From the NCBI GenBank assembly GCA_963639575.1, contig CAVHUR010000009.1, positions 1,477-65,476 of the forward strand: a stretch of 64,000 bases of DNA, in the 5' to 3' direction. Every line of letters starts with the position of its first letter. The first letter of the stretch is position 1. A model generated the notes under the pieces. That model searched no databases, was not told where the DNA came from, and worked only from the letters and a program-made list of their open reading frames with translations. This document shows positions 27,476 through 36,781 of this stretch, piece by piece. A program made the translations under genes and the position numbers. This DNA is from an uncultured Spirochaetota bacterium (lineage in GTDB: Bacteria; Bacteroidota; Bacteroidia; Bacteroidales; Bacteroidaceae).

Positions 27476-28659
27476 TATTTGTCAGCTTCGATGAACTCCT
27501 CGATGGCATCAGGGTCGTTGGACGAAACCACGATCTTGCCGTCCTTGACGAGGATAAGTCTCGGGATGGTGGTGATGTTATAGGCTGTCATGAACGGCAT
27601 CATCTGGTCTTTGGTCACGATAGCCTGTGGCCATGACATCTTCTCCTCTTCCATTGCCTTGCGCCAGTCAGCCTCTTTCTGGTCGCACGAGATGCTGTTC
27701 ACCTTCAGGCGAGATGCGTATTTCTCCGCCATGGCCTTCACTTTCGGAATGGCGCGGCGGCACGGGCCACACCATGAAGCCCAGCAGTCGAAGAGCGTCA
27801 GACCGTCTTTGTTGAGCAGCTGCTGCACAGTCTTCACCTCACCATCGGCCATTGTGACAGCCTCGTTGCCCCAAGCTGAGCCGAGAGCGAACTTCTTGGC
27901 ACGGGCCACATTGCGCTCTATGATGGCGAGACGGTGTGTGTCGGCATTGCCTGCCACGAGTTTTGCCATGGCGTCAACCTCGTCGGCGGTGTACTTGTAT
28001 TCAGTGTTCAGGTTGCGGCTCACGAGCAATGCCGAAACGGCATAGCCGGGATGGCTCTTGATGAACGCCTGTTCCTTCTCGTCCATCACCTTGCGGCACT
28101 CTTCCAGACGGTTGCTGAACATCACCACGGAGTCGTCTTTGGAGTCTATCATGCCGTATGCAGCCATGATGAGTTTCTCGCGTCCCTCGTCGAAAATCTG
28201 TGAGTACTTCTCCTTCTCGGGCAGCAGCAGGTTGAGGTATTCCTTGTACTGCTCCTGCAGTTTGCCTGCTTTCAGGGTGACATTCTCGTCAGCCATGTTC
28301 TTCTTCTGGTACTCCTGCAGTTGGCTGAAGGCCAGTGAGGGGAGCTCGACAGTCTCGTTTTCCGCCATGAACATGAACCCTGCCACAGGGATGTCCATGC
28401 CATACTGCTGGTTGAACTGCGTGACCGAGAGCTGGAGCATGGTCGGTCCGGCGAGCTTGGCGGTCATCGTGAAGTTCTCGGTGGCAGGAATCGACACGAG
28501 AGTGGTGTCAGCCTCCTGACCCTGATCGCCGTCGGCCAGACCCAGGACAATCTTGCAGCTGTCGGGCAGACCTGTGATAGTGCCCTTCAATACGAACTCG
28601 TTGCCGGCGAACAGCAGTGTAGGCAGCAACGCAAACATTGTTATCAGAAACTTTTTCAT
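27475..28659 (-). CDS. TlpA-family thiol-disulfide oxidoreductase (DUF4369 + AhpC/TSA)
   Basis: Signal peptide, DCWASWCGPCR, and cis-Pro TIP motif. Confidence 0.88.
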   Translation of the reverse strand: MKKFLITMFALLPTLLFAGNEFVLKGTITGLPDSCKIVLGLADGDQGQEADTTLVSIPATENFTMTAKLAGPTMLQLSVTQFNQQYGMDIPVAGFMFMAENETVELPSLAFSQLQEYQKKNMADENVTLKAGKLQEQYKEYLNLLLPEKEKYSQIFDEGREKLIMAAYGMIDSKDDSVVMFSNRLEECRKVMDEKEQAFIKSHPGYAVSALLVSRNLNTEYKYTADEVDAMAKLVAGNADTHRLAIIERNVARAKKFALGSAWGNEAVTMADGEVKTVQQLLNKDGLTLFDCWASWCGPCRRAIPKVKAMAEKYASRLKVNSISCDQKEADWRKAMEEEKMSWPQAIVTKDQMMPFMTAYNITTIPRLILVKDGKIVVSSNDPDAIEEFIEADK

Positions 28660-28687
28660 GATGTAATTATGTGATTTGTGTTTTGTT

Positions 28688-29257
28688 TTAGTCCTTTCGG
28701 TAGAGAGCCATCATGTCACGGACAGGCTCTGGCACCAACCGGGTCACGTCGTTGCCGCTGACCAGAAGTTGCCGTATCTCGGTGGAACTGATGTCTATCG
28801 TGTCCATGTCGACAAATTTTACGCTTGGCGGAAGTGACTGGCGGTCAATGTGAAAGCCTGTGCGGGGGTAGACCAGTATGCGGTGATGGCTGATTATGTC
28901 ACGGCTGTTGCGCCAGCCGGAGAAGCTGCACCAGTTGTCAGCACCTATTATCAGAGAGAACGTGTCGTCGGGATAGTCCTTCGCCAACGACTGTAGTGTG
29001 TGCCATGTATAGGAGGGGCGGGGCAGGCTGAACTCGTAGTCGGAACAGGTGATGCCGTGTTCGTGCTCCACAGCCTTGCGTGTCATGTCGAGCCGCAAGG
29101 CATCATCGAGGAGGTCGGCATGCTGTTTGAAGGGGTTGAGCGGACTGACCATGAACCACACTTCGTCCACTTCGCCCATGCTGAGAATCTTGCGTGCTAT
29201 GGCCAAATGGCCGTTGTGGACAGGATTGAACGAACCTCCGAATATTCCTATCTGCAT
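28688..29257 (-). CDS. nadD: Nicotinate-nucleotide adenylyltransferase
   Basis: IGIFGGSFNPVHNGH, PSYT, IIGADN and ISSTEIR motifs. Confidence 0.95.
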   Translation of the reverse strand: MQIGIFGGSFNPVHNGHLAIARKILSMGEVDEVWFMVSPLNPFKQHADLLDDALRLDMTRKAVEHEHGITCSDYEFSLPRPSYTWHTLQSLAKDYPDDTFSLIIGADNWCSFSGWRNSRDIISHHRILVYPRTGFHIDRQSLPPSVKFVDMDTIDISSTEIRQLLVSGNDVTRLVPEPVRDMMALYRKD

Positions 29258-29279
29258 ATCGGTCGGGAGTGGATGTCGG

Positions 29280-29858
29280 TTACGGTCTGTCCAAAAAGTC
29301 CTTTACAATGGAGAAAACCTCTTGTTTGGCTTTCTCAAGGTCGTCGTTGACGACGATGCGGTCGAACTGCGGGGCGAACGACATCTCGTATTCTGCCTTC
29401 GCCAGGCGCTGCTCCACCATCTCGGGAGCGTCGGTGCCGCGGCTTGTGAGCCTCCGGCGCAGTTCCTCTTTCGACGGCGGCTGGATGAACAGGCTAAGTG
29501 CTTCGCCGCCATACAGACGCTTTATGTTGCATCCGCCCTTTACGTCGATGTCGAACAAGACGTTTTCGCCGCGCTCGATTTGGGCCTGCACCTGGCTCTT
29601 GAGCGTGCCGTAGAACTTGTCGGTGTAGACCTCCTCATATTCCACAAAAGCCCCTTCGGCTATCTTGCGGCGAAATTCGTCGGGGGTGATAAAGAAGTAT
29701 TCCACTCCGTCGCGCTCCGTTCCGCGCGGCTGGCGGGTGGTGCAGCTGACGGAAAAACGCAGGTTGAGTTCTCCGTGTTCCTTCATCAGCCACTGCACCA
29801 ATGTGCTCTTGCCCGAGCCTGAAGGTGCGCAGAAAACCAGCAGTTTGCCCTTTTTCAT
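29280..29858 (-). CDS. gmk: Guanylate kinase
   Basis: APSGSGKST, SCTTRQPRGTE.DGVEYFF, YGT and DIDVKG motifs. Confidence 0.96.
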   Translation of the reverse strand: MKKGKLLVFCAPSGSGKSTLVQWLMKEHGELNLRFSVSCTTRQPRGTERDGVEYFFITPDEFRRKIAEGAFVEYEEVYTDKFYGTLKSQVQAQIERGENVLFDIDVKGGCNIKRLYGGEALSLFIQPPSKEELRRRLTSRGTDAPEMVEQRLAKAEYEMSFAPQFDRIVVNDDLEKAKQEVFSIVKDFLDRP

Positions 29859-30733
29859 TACAATGCGTTGAGTACCTGTTCCTTGATTTGTTCCAGTTCG
29901 TCCTTCATCTTCACCACTATGTTCTGCATCTCTGCCTGGTTCGACTTGGAACCGGTGGTGTTTATCTCGCGTCCCATCTCCTGTGCTATGAAACCAAGTT
30001 TCTTGCCTTGGCCTCCCTCACATTCGTTCATGGTGTCGCGGAAATACTTGAGGTGATTAGTCAGACGCTGTTTCTCTTCCGAGATATCGAGTTTTTCGAT
30101 GTAGAAAATCAGTTCCTGTTCCAGACGGTTCTTGTCGTAATCCACATCCTTGAGTGACGCCAGATTGTCCTCAAGCCGCTGGCGTATTTTCTCTGTACGC
30201 CCCTTTTCAAACGGTTCGATGGACTTCAGCAGAGCCTCGATGTTGTCTATCTTCTCGTGGAACTTCTTCTCCAGTGCCGCACCCTCCTGCTTGCGGAACT
30301 CGTAGAGGGCGCTGATGGCATCGTCGATGCCCTGGCTTACCGCCGCCCACTCCTCGTCGGAGAGATCCTCACTCTCCGTTTTCGCAAGCACGTCGGGCAT
30401 GCGCAGCAGCGTGTTCCAGTTGAGTTCGAGCGATATGTCCTGCTCGTGTGCGATGCGGTTTATCTGGTCGTAGTAGAAGCGCACAAGCTCCGCATTGACC
30501 GGGGAGGCCGTTTGCGTGTTGTCATTTTCTACCCACAGCGAAAAGTCAACCTTGCCTCTTGTGAGCCGGCTTTGTATTCTTTGCCTGATCTCCATTTCCT
30601 TTTCGCGGTACAATGGGGCAATGCGTGTGCTCAGGTCGAGTGACTTCGAATTGAGTGATTTTATCTCTATGTTAATCTTTTTCCCTTTGTATTCGACGGC
30701 AACCCTGCCGTATCCTGTCATTGACAATATCAT
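29858..30733 (-). CDS. yicC: YicC/YloC family endoribonuclease
   Basis: SMTGYG, EIKSLNS, RGKV, KLDISEE..RL..H and GKKLGFIAQEMGREINTTGSK motifs. Confidence 0.93.
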   Translation of the reverse strand: MILSMTGYGRVAVEYKGKKINIEIKSLNSKSLDLSTRIAPLYREKEMEIRQRIQSRLTRGKVDFSLWVENDNTQTASPVNAELVRFYYDQINRIAHEQDISLELNWNTLLRMPDVLAKTESEDLSDEEWAAVSQGIDDAISALYEFRKQEGAALEKKFHEKIDNIEALLKSIEPFEKGRTEKIRQRLEDNLASLKDVDYDKNRLEQELIFYIEKLDISEEKQRLTNHLKYFRDTMNECEGGQGKKLGFIAQEMGREINTTGSKSNQAEMQNIVVKMKDELEQIKEQVLNAL

Positions 30734-30816
30734 ATCACCCTTGTTAATTTTCTGCAAAAGTAATCAAATTGTCAGGAAAAAGCGTAAATTTGCAAATTAA
30801 TTAAGGAATATAAACA

Positions 30817-31506
30817 ATGCCTTGCATACTTAATATAGAAACCAGCACGAACGTGTGCTCTGTTGCCGTGAGCGAAGAGTTCCGCATCGCCTGGACTGAA
30901 GAGGACCACAGCGGTCCCAACCATTCCGTCACGCTCGGCGTGTATGTGGAGAAAGCTCTCTCGCAGATAGCCGCTGCCGGAATCAAACTTGATGCCGTGG
31001 CGGTGAGCTGGGGTCCGGGTTCCTACACGGGATTGCGCATAGGACTGTCCACTGCCAAGGGCGTGTGCTACGGAAGCGGTGCCAAGCTCATAGCCGTGCC
31101 TACGTTGAAGGTGCTGTGCGTGCCGGTGCTTCTCGGCAGAGAACTGGAAGAAGACGCACTGTTGTGCCCCATGATAGACGCAAGGAGAATGGAAGTCTAT
31201 GCGGCAGTCTACGACCGTGCACTCAAAGAGGTGCGCCCTGTGGGGGCGGATGTCGTGGATGCCGACACCTACAAGGCATTTCTCGATGAACACCCGGTGT
31301 ATTTCTTCGGTAACGGAGCGGTCAAATGCCGCGACGTGATAACCCATTCCAACGCCCGTTTCATAGACGGCATCGAGCCGTTGGCAAAGAATATGCACAC
31401 GTTGGCGGAACTTGCATACAAAGAAGGGACTTTTGAGGACGTGGCATACAGCACTCCTTTCTATCTGAAAGAGTTTCATGCCACCGTGCCGAAGCAATTA
31501 CTTTAA
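30817..31506 (+). CDS. tsaB: tRNA threonylcarbamoyladenosine biosynthesis protein TsaB
   Basis: ILNIETST, GPGSYTGLRIG and IDARRMEVY motifs. Confidence 0.95.
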   Translation: MPCILNIETSTNVCSVAVSEEFRIAWTEEDHSGPNHSVTLGVYVEKALSQIAAAGIKLDAVAVSWGPGSYTGLRIGLSTAKGVCYGSGAKLIAVPTLKVLCVPVLLGRELEEDALLCPMIDARRMEVYAAVYDRALKEVRPVGADVVDADTYKAFLDEHPVYFFGNGAVKCRDVITHSNARFIDGIEPLAKNMHTLAELAYKEGTFEDVAYSTPFYLKEFHATVPKQLL

Positions 31507-31510
31507 GACC

Positions 31511-32107
31511 ATGAACATGGAAGGACTGGACTACAACACGCAGCGCACAAGGCTGCAACTGCCCGAATACGGCCGTGAGATACAGAAGATGGTGGACTAC
31601 GCCAAGACCATCAGCGACCGTTCCGAGCGCCAGCGCTGCGCTGAAAGCATAGTGGCCATCATGCAGAGAATGGATACTCCCGACGGCAATGGCGACATTG
31701 CGAAATACTGGAACCACCTCGCCCTGATGTCGGACTTTACCCTTGACGTGGACTATCCGTTCGAGATAAGCAAGACGGAGGGCATACTGTCGAAGCCCAA
31801 TCCCATGACCTATCCCAAGAACAAGATAAGAGTGCGTCACTACGGGGCCATTATGGACAAGGTGTTCGACAAGTTGAAGGCGATGCCGGCAGGCAGTGAG
31901 CGCGACAAACTCGCCGCTATTGCCGCCAACCGCATGAAGGCTTGTCTGGTGGAATACGGCCATGGGGCAGCCGACGACAGAAAGGTGGCCGACGACCTGG
32001 CATTCTTCACCGACGGCAAAGTGCAGCTTGACCTTGACTCATTCAGATTTTCCGCCTCTCCGCAAAGCCGTAACACGGTTGACCGGAAAAGGCGAAACCG
32101 ACAGTAA
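31511..32107 (+). CDS. DUF4290 family protein
   Basis: LDYNTQR..L.LPEYGREIQ.MV, WNHLA.MS.F.LDVDYP and RHYG motifs; typical position upstream of murA in Bacteroidales. Confidence 0.85.
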   Translation: MNMEGLDYNTQRTRLQLPEYGREIQKMVDYAKTISDRSERQRCAESIVAIMQRMDTPDGNGDIAKYWNHLALMSDFTLDVDYPFEISKTEGILSKPNPMTYPKNKIRVRHYGAIMDKVFDKLKAMPAGSERDKLAAIAANRMKACLVEYGHGAADDRKVADDLAFFTDGKVQLDLDSFRFSASPQSRNTVDRKRRNRQ

Positions 32108-32111
32108 CACT

Positions 32112-33419
32112 ATGAGTTCATTCGTTATAGAAGGCGGACATCCGCTGAAGGGAGACATCACACCCCAGGGAGCAAAGAACGAGGCGTTGGAGGTAATCTG
32201 TGCTTCGCTGCTCACAGAAGACGAGGTGCATATATCGAATGTGCCCGATATACTCGACGTCAACAACCTTATACAGTTGCTGAAAGACATAGGCGTGAAG
32301 GTGACACGCCATTCCCGGAACGACTATACATTCCAGGCGGCAGACCTTAACCTGGACTATCTCGGCAGCAAAGAGTTCGTCGGGAAGTGCGCGTCACTGC
32401 GCGGCAGCGTGCTGATGATAGGTCCGCTGCTCGGAAGATTCGGCAAAGCCACGGTGGCGACACCCGGTGGCGACAAGATAGGACGCCGTAGACTCGACAC
32501 CCATTTTCTGGGTTTCAGAAACCTGGGGGCACATTTCGTGCATAACGATGACAACAACACCTACTCCATAACGGCCGAAAAACTCACTGGAACATACATG
32601 CTGCTCGACGAAGCGTCGGTCACAGGTACGGCAAACATCATCATGGCGGCAGTCATGGCAGAAGGTGTCACCACCATATACAACGCTGCCTGCGAACCGT
32701 ATGTGCAGCAATTGTGCCATCTGCTCAATGCCATGGGCGCCAATATCAGCGGAATAGCGTCGAACCTCATTACCATTGTGGGAGTGAAAAAACTGCACGG
32801 GGCGAAGCACAGGGTGCTGCCCGACATGATAGAGGTGGGTTCTTTCATCGGCATGGCGGCGATGGTGGGCGACGGCATACGCATACACAACGTGTCGCTG
32901 CGCAATCTCGGCATAATACCCGATGCGTTCCGCCGGCTCGGAATAAAGATTGTGGAGGAGGGGGACAACCTCTATATCCCGCGTCAGGAGCACTATGTGG
33001 TGGAGTCGTTCATCGACGGCACTATCATGACACTGGCAGATGCGCCTTGGCCGGGACTGACCCCGGACCTCATCTCGGTACTTCTCGTTGTGGCGACACA
33101 GGCTAAGGGTTCGGTGCTTGTGCACCAGAAGATGTTCGAAAGCCGTCTTTTCTTCGTCGACAAACTCATCGACATGCGCGCCAACATCATCCTCTGCGAT
33201 CCCCATCGCGCCGTTGTCGTGGGGCACGACCGCCAGATACGTCTGCGCGCAGGCCGCATGACCAGTCCCGACATACGCGCCGGCATAGCCCTGCTCATAG
33301 CTGCGCTGTCGGCTGAGGGCACTTCGCACATCGCCAACATTTCACAGATAGACCGCGGCTACGAAGATATAGAAAAGCGGCTCAACGCCCTCGGGGCGCA
33401 CATAACGCGTGAGGAATGA
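32112..33419 (+). CDS. murA: UDP-N-acetylglucosamine 1-carboxyvinyltransferase
   Basis: GAKN, PGGDKIGRR, SVTGTAN, EP, PD.IE, PWPGLTPD, FESR, DIRAG and IDRGYE motifs. Confidence 0.96.
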   Translation: MSSFVIEGGHPLKGDITPQGAKNEALEVICASLLTEDEVHISNVPDILDVNNLIQLLKDIGVKVTRHSRNDYTFQAADLNLDYLGSKEFVGKCASLRGSVLMIGPLLGRFGKATVATPGGDKIGRRRLDTHFLGFRNLGAHFVHNDDNNTYSITAEKLTGTYMLLDEASVTGTANIIMAAVMAEGVTTIYNAACEPYVQQLCHLLNAMGANISGIASNLITIVGVKKLHGAKHRVLPDMIEVGSFIGMAAMVGDGIRIHNVSLRNLGIIPDAFRRLGIKIVEEGDNLYIPRQEHYVVESFIDGTIMTLADAPWPGLTPDLISVLLVVATQAKGSVLVHQKMFESRLFFVDKLIDMRANIILCDPHRAVVVGHDRQIRLRAGRMTSPDIRAGIALLIAALSAEGTSHIANISQIDRGYEDIEKRLNALGAHITREE

Positions 33420-33925
33420 TTGCAGACGACAAGGTTTACAGGATAGGAGTCATCGGCAAGCCCCACGGAGTGAAGGGTGAGGTGTCGTTCAGATTTGACG
33501 ATGACATTTTCGACACGGCGGATGCGGATTTTCTGATACTGAAGATTGACGGCATACTCGTGCCGTTTTTTATGGAAGAATACCGTTTCCGCTCCGATGA
33601 GGTGGCACTTGTCAAGTTTGAGGACGTCGACACTCAGGAGCGTGCGGCGGCTCTCACCGGCACTGAAGTGTATTTTCTGCGTGAACATGCGGATGCCTCC
33701 GATGACGCAATGCCGCCGGTGAGGACGGTGGGATACAGTATAGAGGATTCTGCCACACATGATATAATAGGTGTAATAGCGTCGGTCGACGACTCCACGT
33801 CAAACTTGCTTTTTGAATTGGAAGACGGTAAACTCATTCCCATAGCAGAGGAATGGATAGAGAAAATCGACACTGACGCAAGGAAGATAACAATGAAAAT
33901 CCCCGAAGGATTACTCGATTTGTGA
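33416..33925 (+). CDS. rimM: 16S rRNA processing protein RimM
   Basis: IG.IGKPHGVKGEV, LIP and PEGLLDL motifs. Confidence 0.93.
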   Translation: MIADDKVYRIGVIGKPHGVKGEVSFRFDDDIFDTADADFLILKIDGILVPFFMEEYRFRSDEVALVKFEDVDTQERAAALTGTEVYFLREHADASDDAMPPVRTVGYSIEDSATHDIIGVIASVDDSTSNLLFELEDGKLIPIAEEWIEKIDTDARKITMKIPEGLLDL

Positions 33926-35091
33926 TGGACAACAGCACTACAAAGAAAAAACAGATATGCATTCTCGGGTCTACAGGCTCTATCGGCACGCAGGCTCTGG
34001 ATGTCATTGAGCACCACAGCGACCGCTACGAGGTGTATTGCCTGACGGCAAACACGCGTGTGGAGATGCTCGCCGAACAGGCAAGGAAGTTTCATCCGGC
34101 ATGCGTGGTGATAGCCGACGACAGCCGCTACGGCCAGTTGCAGGAACTGCTTTCCGATGAACTGGACATCAAGGTGTACGCCGGCAGCGACGCCCTGTGC
34201 CAGGTTGTGGAGGCGGAACCTGTCGACATGGTGCTCACGGCAATGGTCGGCTTCGCCGGACTGCGCCCCACGGTCAGTGCCATAAAGGCAGGCAAGAAAA
34301 TCTGTCTCGCCAATAAGGAGACGCTTGTAGTGGCAGGCGAACTCATCTGCGACCTCGCCATGCAGTTCCATTCCCCCATTCTGCCGGTGGACTCGGAGCA
34401 CAGTGCCATATTCCAAAGTCTGGTCGGAGAGGACTGCAACGAGATAGAGAAAATACTCCTCACCGCTTCAGGCGGCCCGTTCCGCAAGTTCTCGCTCGAC
34501 GAGATGAGGACAGTGACGGCGGCGGACGCACTGAAACACCCCACATGGGATATGGGAGCGAAGATTACAATCGACTCCGCGTCGATGATGAACAAGGGTT
34601 TTGAGGTGATCGAAGCCAAGTGGCTCTTTGGCGTTGAGGCTGAAAAGATACAGGTGCTGGTGCATCCGCAGAGCATAGTACACTCCGCCGTGCAGTTCCG
34701 CGACGGCGGTGTGAAGGCGCAACTTGGCATTCCTGACATGCGCCTTCCTATCCAGTACGCGTTCTCTTTCCCCGAACGCCTGACTCTGGAAGCGCCGCGT
34801 CTGGACCTCTTCAAGCAGCCGCTTGAGTTCTTTGAACCGGACTTTGACAAGTTCCGTTGTCTCGCCATGGCCTACGAAGCCATACGCCGCGGAGGCAATG
34901 CGCCGTGTGTCATGAATGCGGCAAACGAGGTGGTGAACCTCGCGTTCCGTGAAGGAAGGTGCTCGTTCCTGCGTATGGGCGAGATTATAGGCGAGACCAT
35001 GGCAAAGGCGACATTCATACAAAAGCCGTCGCTCGACGACTATTTCGCATCAGACACCGAGGCCAGACGGTTGGCGGCGGAACTTCTCTGA
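33922..35091 (+). CDS. dxr: 1-deoxy-D-xylulose 5-phosphate reductoisomerase
   Basis: LGSTGSIGTQ, LANKETLV, LPVDSEHSAI, TASGGPF and HPTWDMGAKITIDSA motifs. Confidence 0.97.
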   Translation: MMDNSTTKKKQICILGSTGSIGTQALDVIEHHSDRYEVYCLTANTRVEMLAEQARKFHPACVVIADDSRYGQLQELLSDELDIKVYAGSDALCQVVEAEPVDMVLTAMVGFAGLRPTVSAIKAGKKICLANKETLVVAGELICDLAMQFHSPILPVDSEHSAIFQSLVGEDCNEIEKILLTASGGPFRKFSLDEMRTVTAADALKHPTWDMGAKITIDSASMMNKGFEVIEAKWLFGVEAEKIQVLVHPQSIVHSAVQFRDGGVKAQLGIPDMRLPIQYAFSFPERLTLEAPRLDLFKQPLEFFEPDFDKFRCLAMAYEAIRRGGNAPCVMNAANEVVNLAFREGRCSFLRMGEIIGETMAKATFIQKPSLDDYFASDTEARRLAAELL

Positions 35092-35133
35092 TGCCGGAAA
35101 CTACATTCAACCAGAAAACAACAAAACGAAACA

Positions 35134-36573
35134 ATGGAAATATTCTTGATTAAGGCACTCCAGTTTATCCTTGCGATAAGCCTACTCGTGCTGTTGCATG
35201 AGGGCGGACACTTCTTTTTCTCCAAGTTGTTCGGGGTGAGAGTGAACAAGTTTTATGTGTTCTTCGACTGGAAATTCTCACTTTTCAGCACCTACAGCAA
35301 CTGGTGGCGCAGACTGTGGCACAAGAAACCGGTGGAGAAAAACGAAGACGGCACCTACAAATACGAGGGTACGGAGTACGGCCTCGGATGGATTCCGCTC
35401 GGCGGCTACTGCCAGATAGAGGGCATGATAGACGAGACCCAGCACGACGCAGAGAAGCTCAAAGCCCCCGCACAGCCGTGGGAGTTCCGCTCGAAACCCA
35501 CTTGGCAGCGTCTGCTCATCATGATTGGAGGCGTGCTGGTCAACTTCCTTCTCGCCCTGTTCATCTATGCCATGGTGCTCTACACGTGGGGCGATACCTA
35601 CGTATCCACCAAGGACATGACCTACGGCATGAAGTTCAACACCGAGGCAAAGGCGCTCGGATTCCGTGACGGCGACATTATGCTCGGCACAGAGAAGGGA
35701 GATTTCAAGCAGTTTGATGCCGACCTCTACCGCGATTTGGCTGAAGCCACAGAGTGCCGCGTGCTCCGCAACGGACAGGAGGTCACCGTGAAACTCCCTG
35801 GAGATATGGACTTGCTGCACATGCTCAAGTCTGTCCCCTCGTTCGTGCGCCCTCTTGTGCCGGCGGATGTCGACAGTGTGTTGGCTGGAAGCCCCGCTGA
35901 AAAGGCCGGAATGCTCAAGGGTGACAAGATACTTGCACTCGACGGAACTGCCGTGGACTCATGGAATGAACTCAATGACCTGCTCGGACACCGTTCCGAC
36001 GGACTGGTTGATGCCAAGACAAGCCAGGATTCACTGTCGCTCCGCACCGCTCAGGTGGTGTTCAGACACAAGAACAGTGCCGCTGCTGACACCGCTACCG
36101 TGGTGCTGACACCCGACATGAAGTTCGGCGTAGGCATGACCAGCATTTTCAGCTACTATGAACCGACGCAGGTGGACTACGGCTTCTTCGAGAGCTTCCC
36201 TGCCGGAATAAAGTACGGTCTCAATGTCCTCGGCGGATATGTCGGCGACATGAAATACCTGTTCTCGTCCGACGGAGCTAAGAGCCTCGGCGGTTTCGGC
36301 ACGATAGGCAGCCTGTTCCCCTCTGTCTGGGACTGGCACATGTTCTGGATGATGACGGCTTTCCTGTCCATAATCCTCGCTTTCATGAACATACTGCCTA
36401 TCCCCGCACTCGACGGAGGCCATGTCATATTCCTCCTCTACGAGATGATTACACGCCGCAAACCGTCGGACAAGTTCATGATCTACGCCGAATACGTGGG
36501 CTTCGCCATACTCTTGCTGCTGATGATTGTCGCCAACCTCAACGACATACTGCGCTGGCTTGGGCTGATGTAG
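35134..36573 (+). CDS. rseP: RIP metalloprotease RseP
   Basis: HEGGH, WIPLGGYC, PDZ region and NILPIPALDGGH. Confidence 0.95.
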   Translation: MEIFLIKALQFILAISLLVLLHEGGHFFFSKLFGVRVNKFYVFFDWKFSLFSTYSNWWRRLWHKKPVEKNEDGTYKYEGTEYGLGWIPLGGYCQIEGMIDETQHDAEKLKAPAQPWEFRSKPTWQRLLIMIGGVLVNFLLALFIYAMVLYTWGDTYVSTKDMTYGMKFNTEAKALGFRDGDIMLGTEKGDFKQFDADLYRDLAEATECRVLRNGQEVTVKLPGDMDLLHMLKSVPSFVRPLVPADVDSVLAGSPAEKAGMLKGDKILALDGTAVDSWNELNDLLGHRSDGLVDAKTSQDSLSLRTAQVVFRHKNSAAADTATVVLTPDMKFGVGMTSIFSYYEPTQVDYGFFESFPAGIKYGLNVLGGYVGDMKYLFSSDGAKSLGGFGTIGSLFPSVWDWHMFWMMTAFLSIILAFMNILPIPALDGGHVIFLLYEMITRRKPSDKFMIYAEYVGFAILLLLMIVANLNDILRWLGLM

Positions 36574-36635
36574 ACATTAATGGCATCTGACGGCAAGTAC
36601 TGACCAATCTATTAGGATTTCCCCACACTAATCTC

Positions 36636-36670
36636 CACCCGTTCCGCTGCCCGGCGGAACGGGTGGTTTT
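36636..36670 (+). terminator. Intrinsic terminator after rseP
   Basis: CCACCCGTTCCGC-TGCCCG-GCGGAACGGGTGG-TTTT. Confidence 0.8.
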
Positions 36671-36701
36671 GTTTCAGGGACACGGCGTCTTAATATAATT
36701 G

Positions 36702-36745
36702 TAACAACTTGATAACATCTTTGCAACAGTGCGGCGGTAACTTTG
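36702..36745 (+). promoter_or_regulatory. Pho-box-like 11-bp-period repeats plus -7 promoter element
   Basis: TAACA-n6-TAACA-n6-CAACA-n9-TAACTTTG, the same spacing as at 17360-17403. Confidence 0.65.
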
Positions 36746-36781
36746 CAACCGTAAAAAACTCAACTTTTACCGCAAGTTTAT

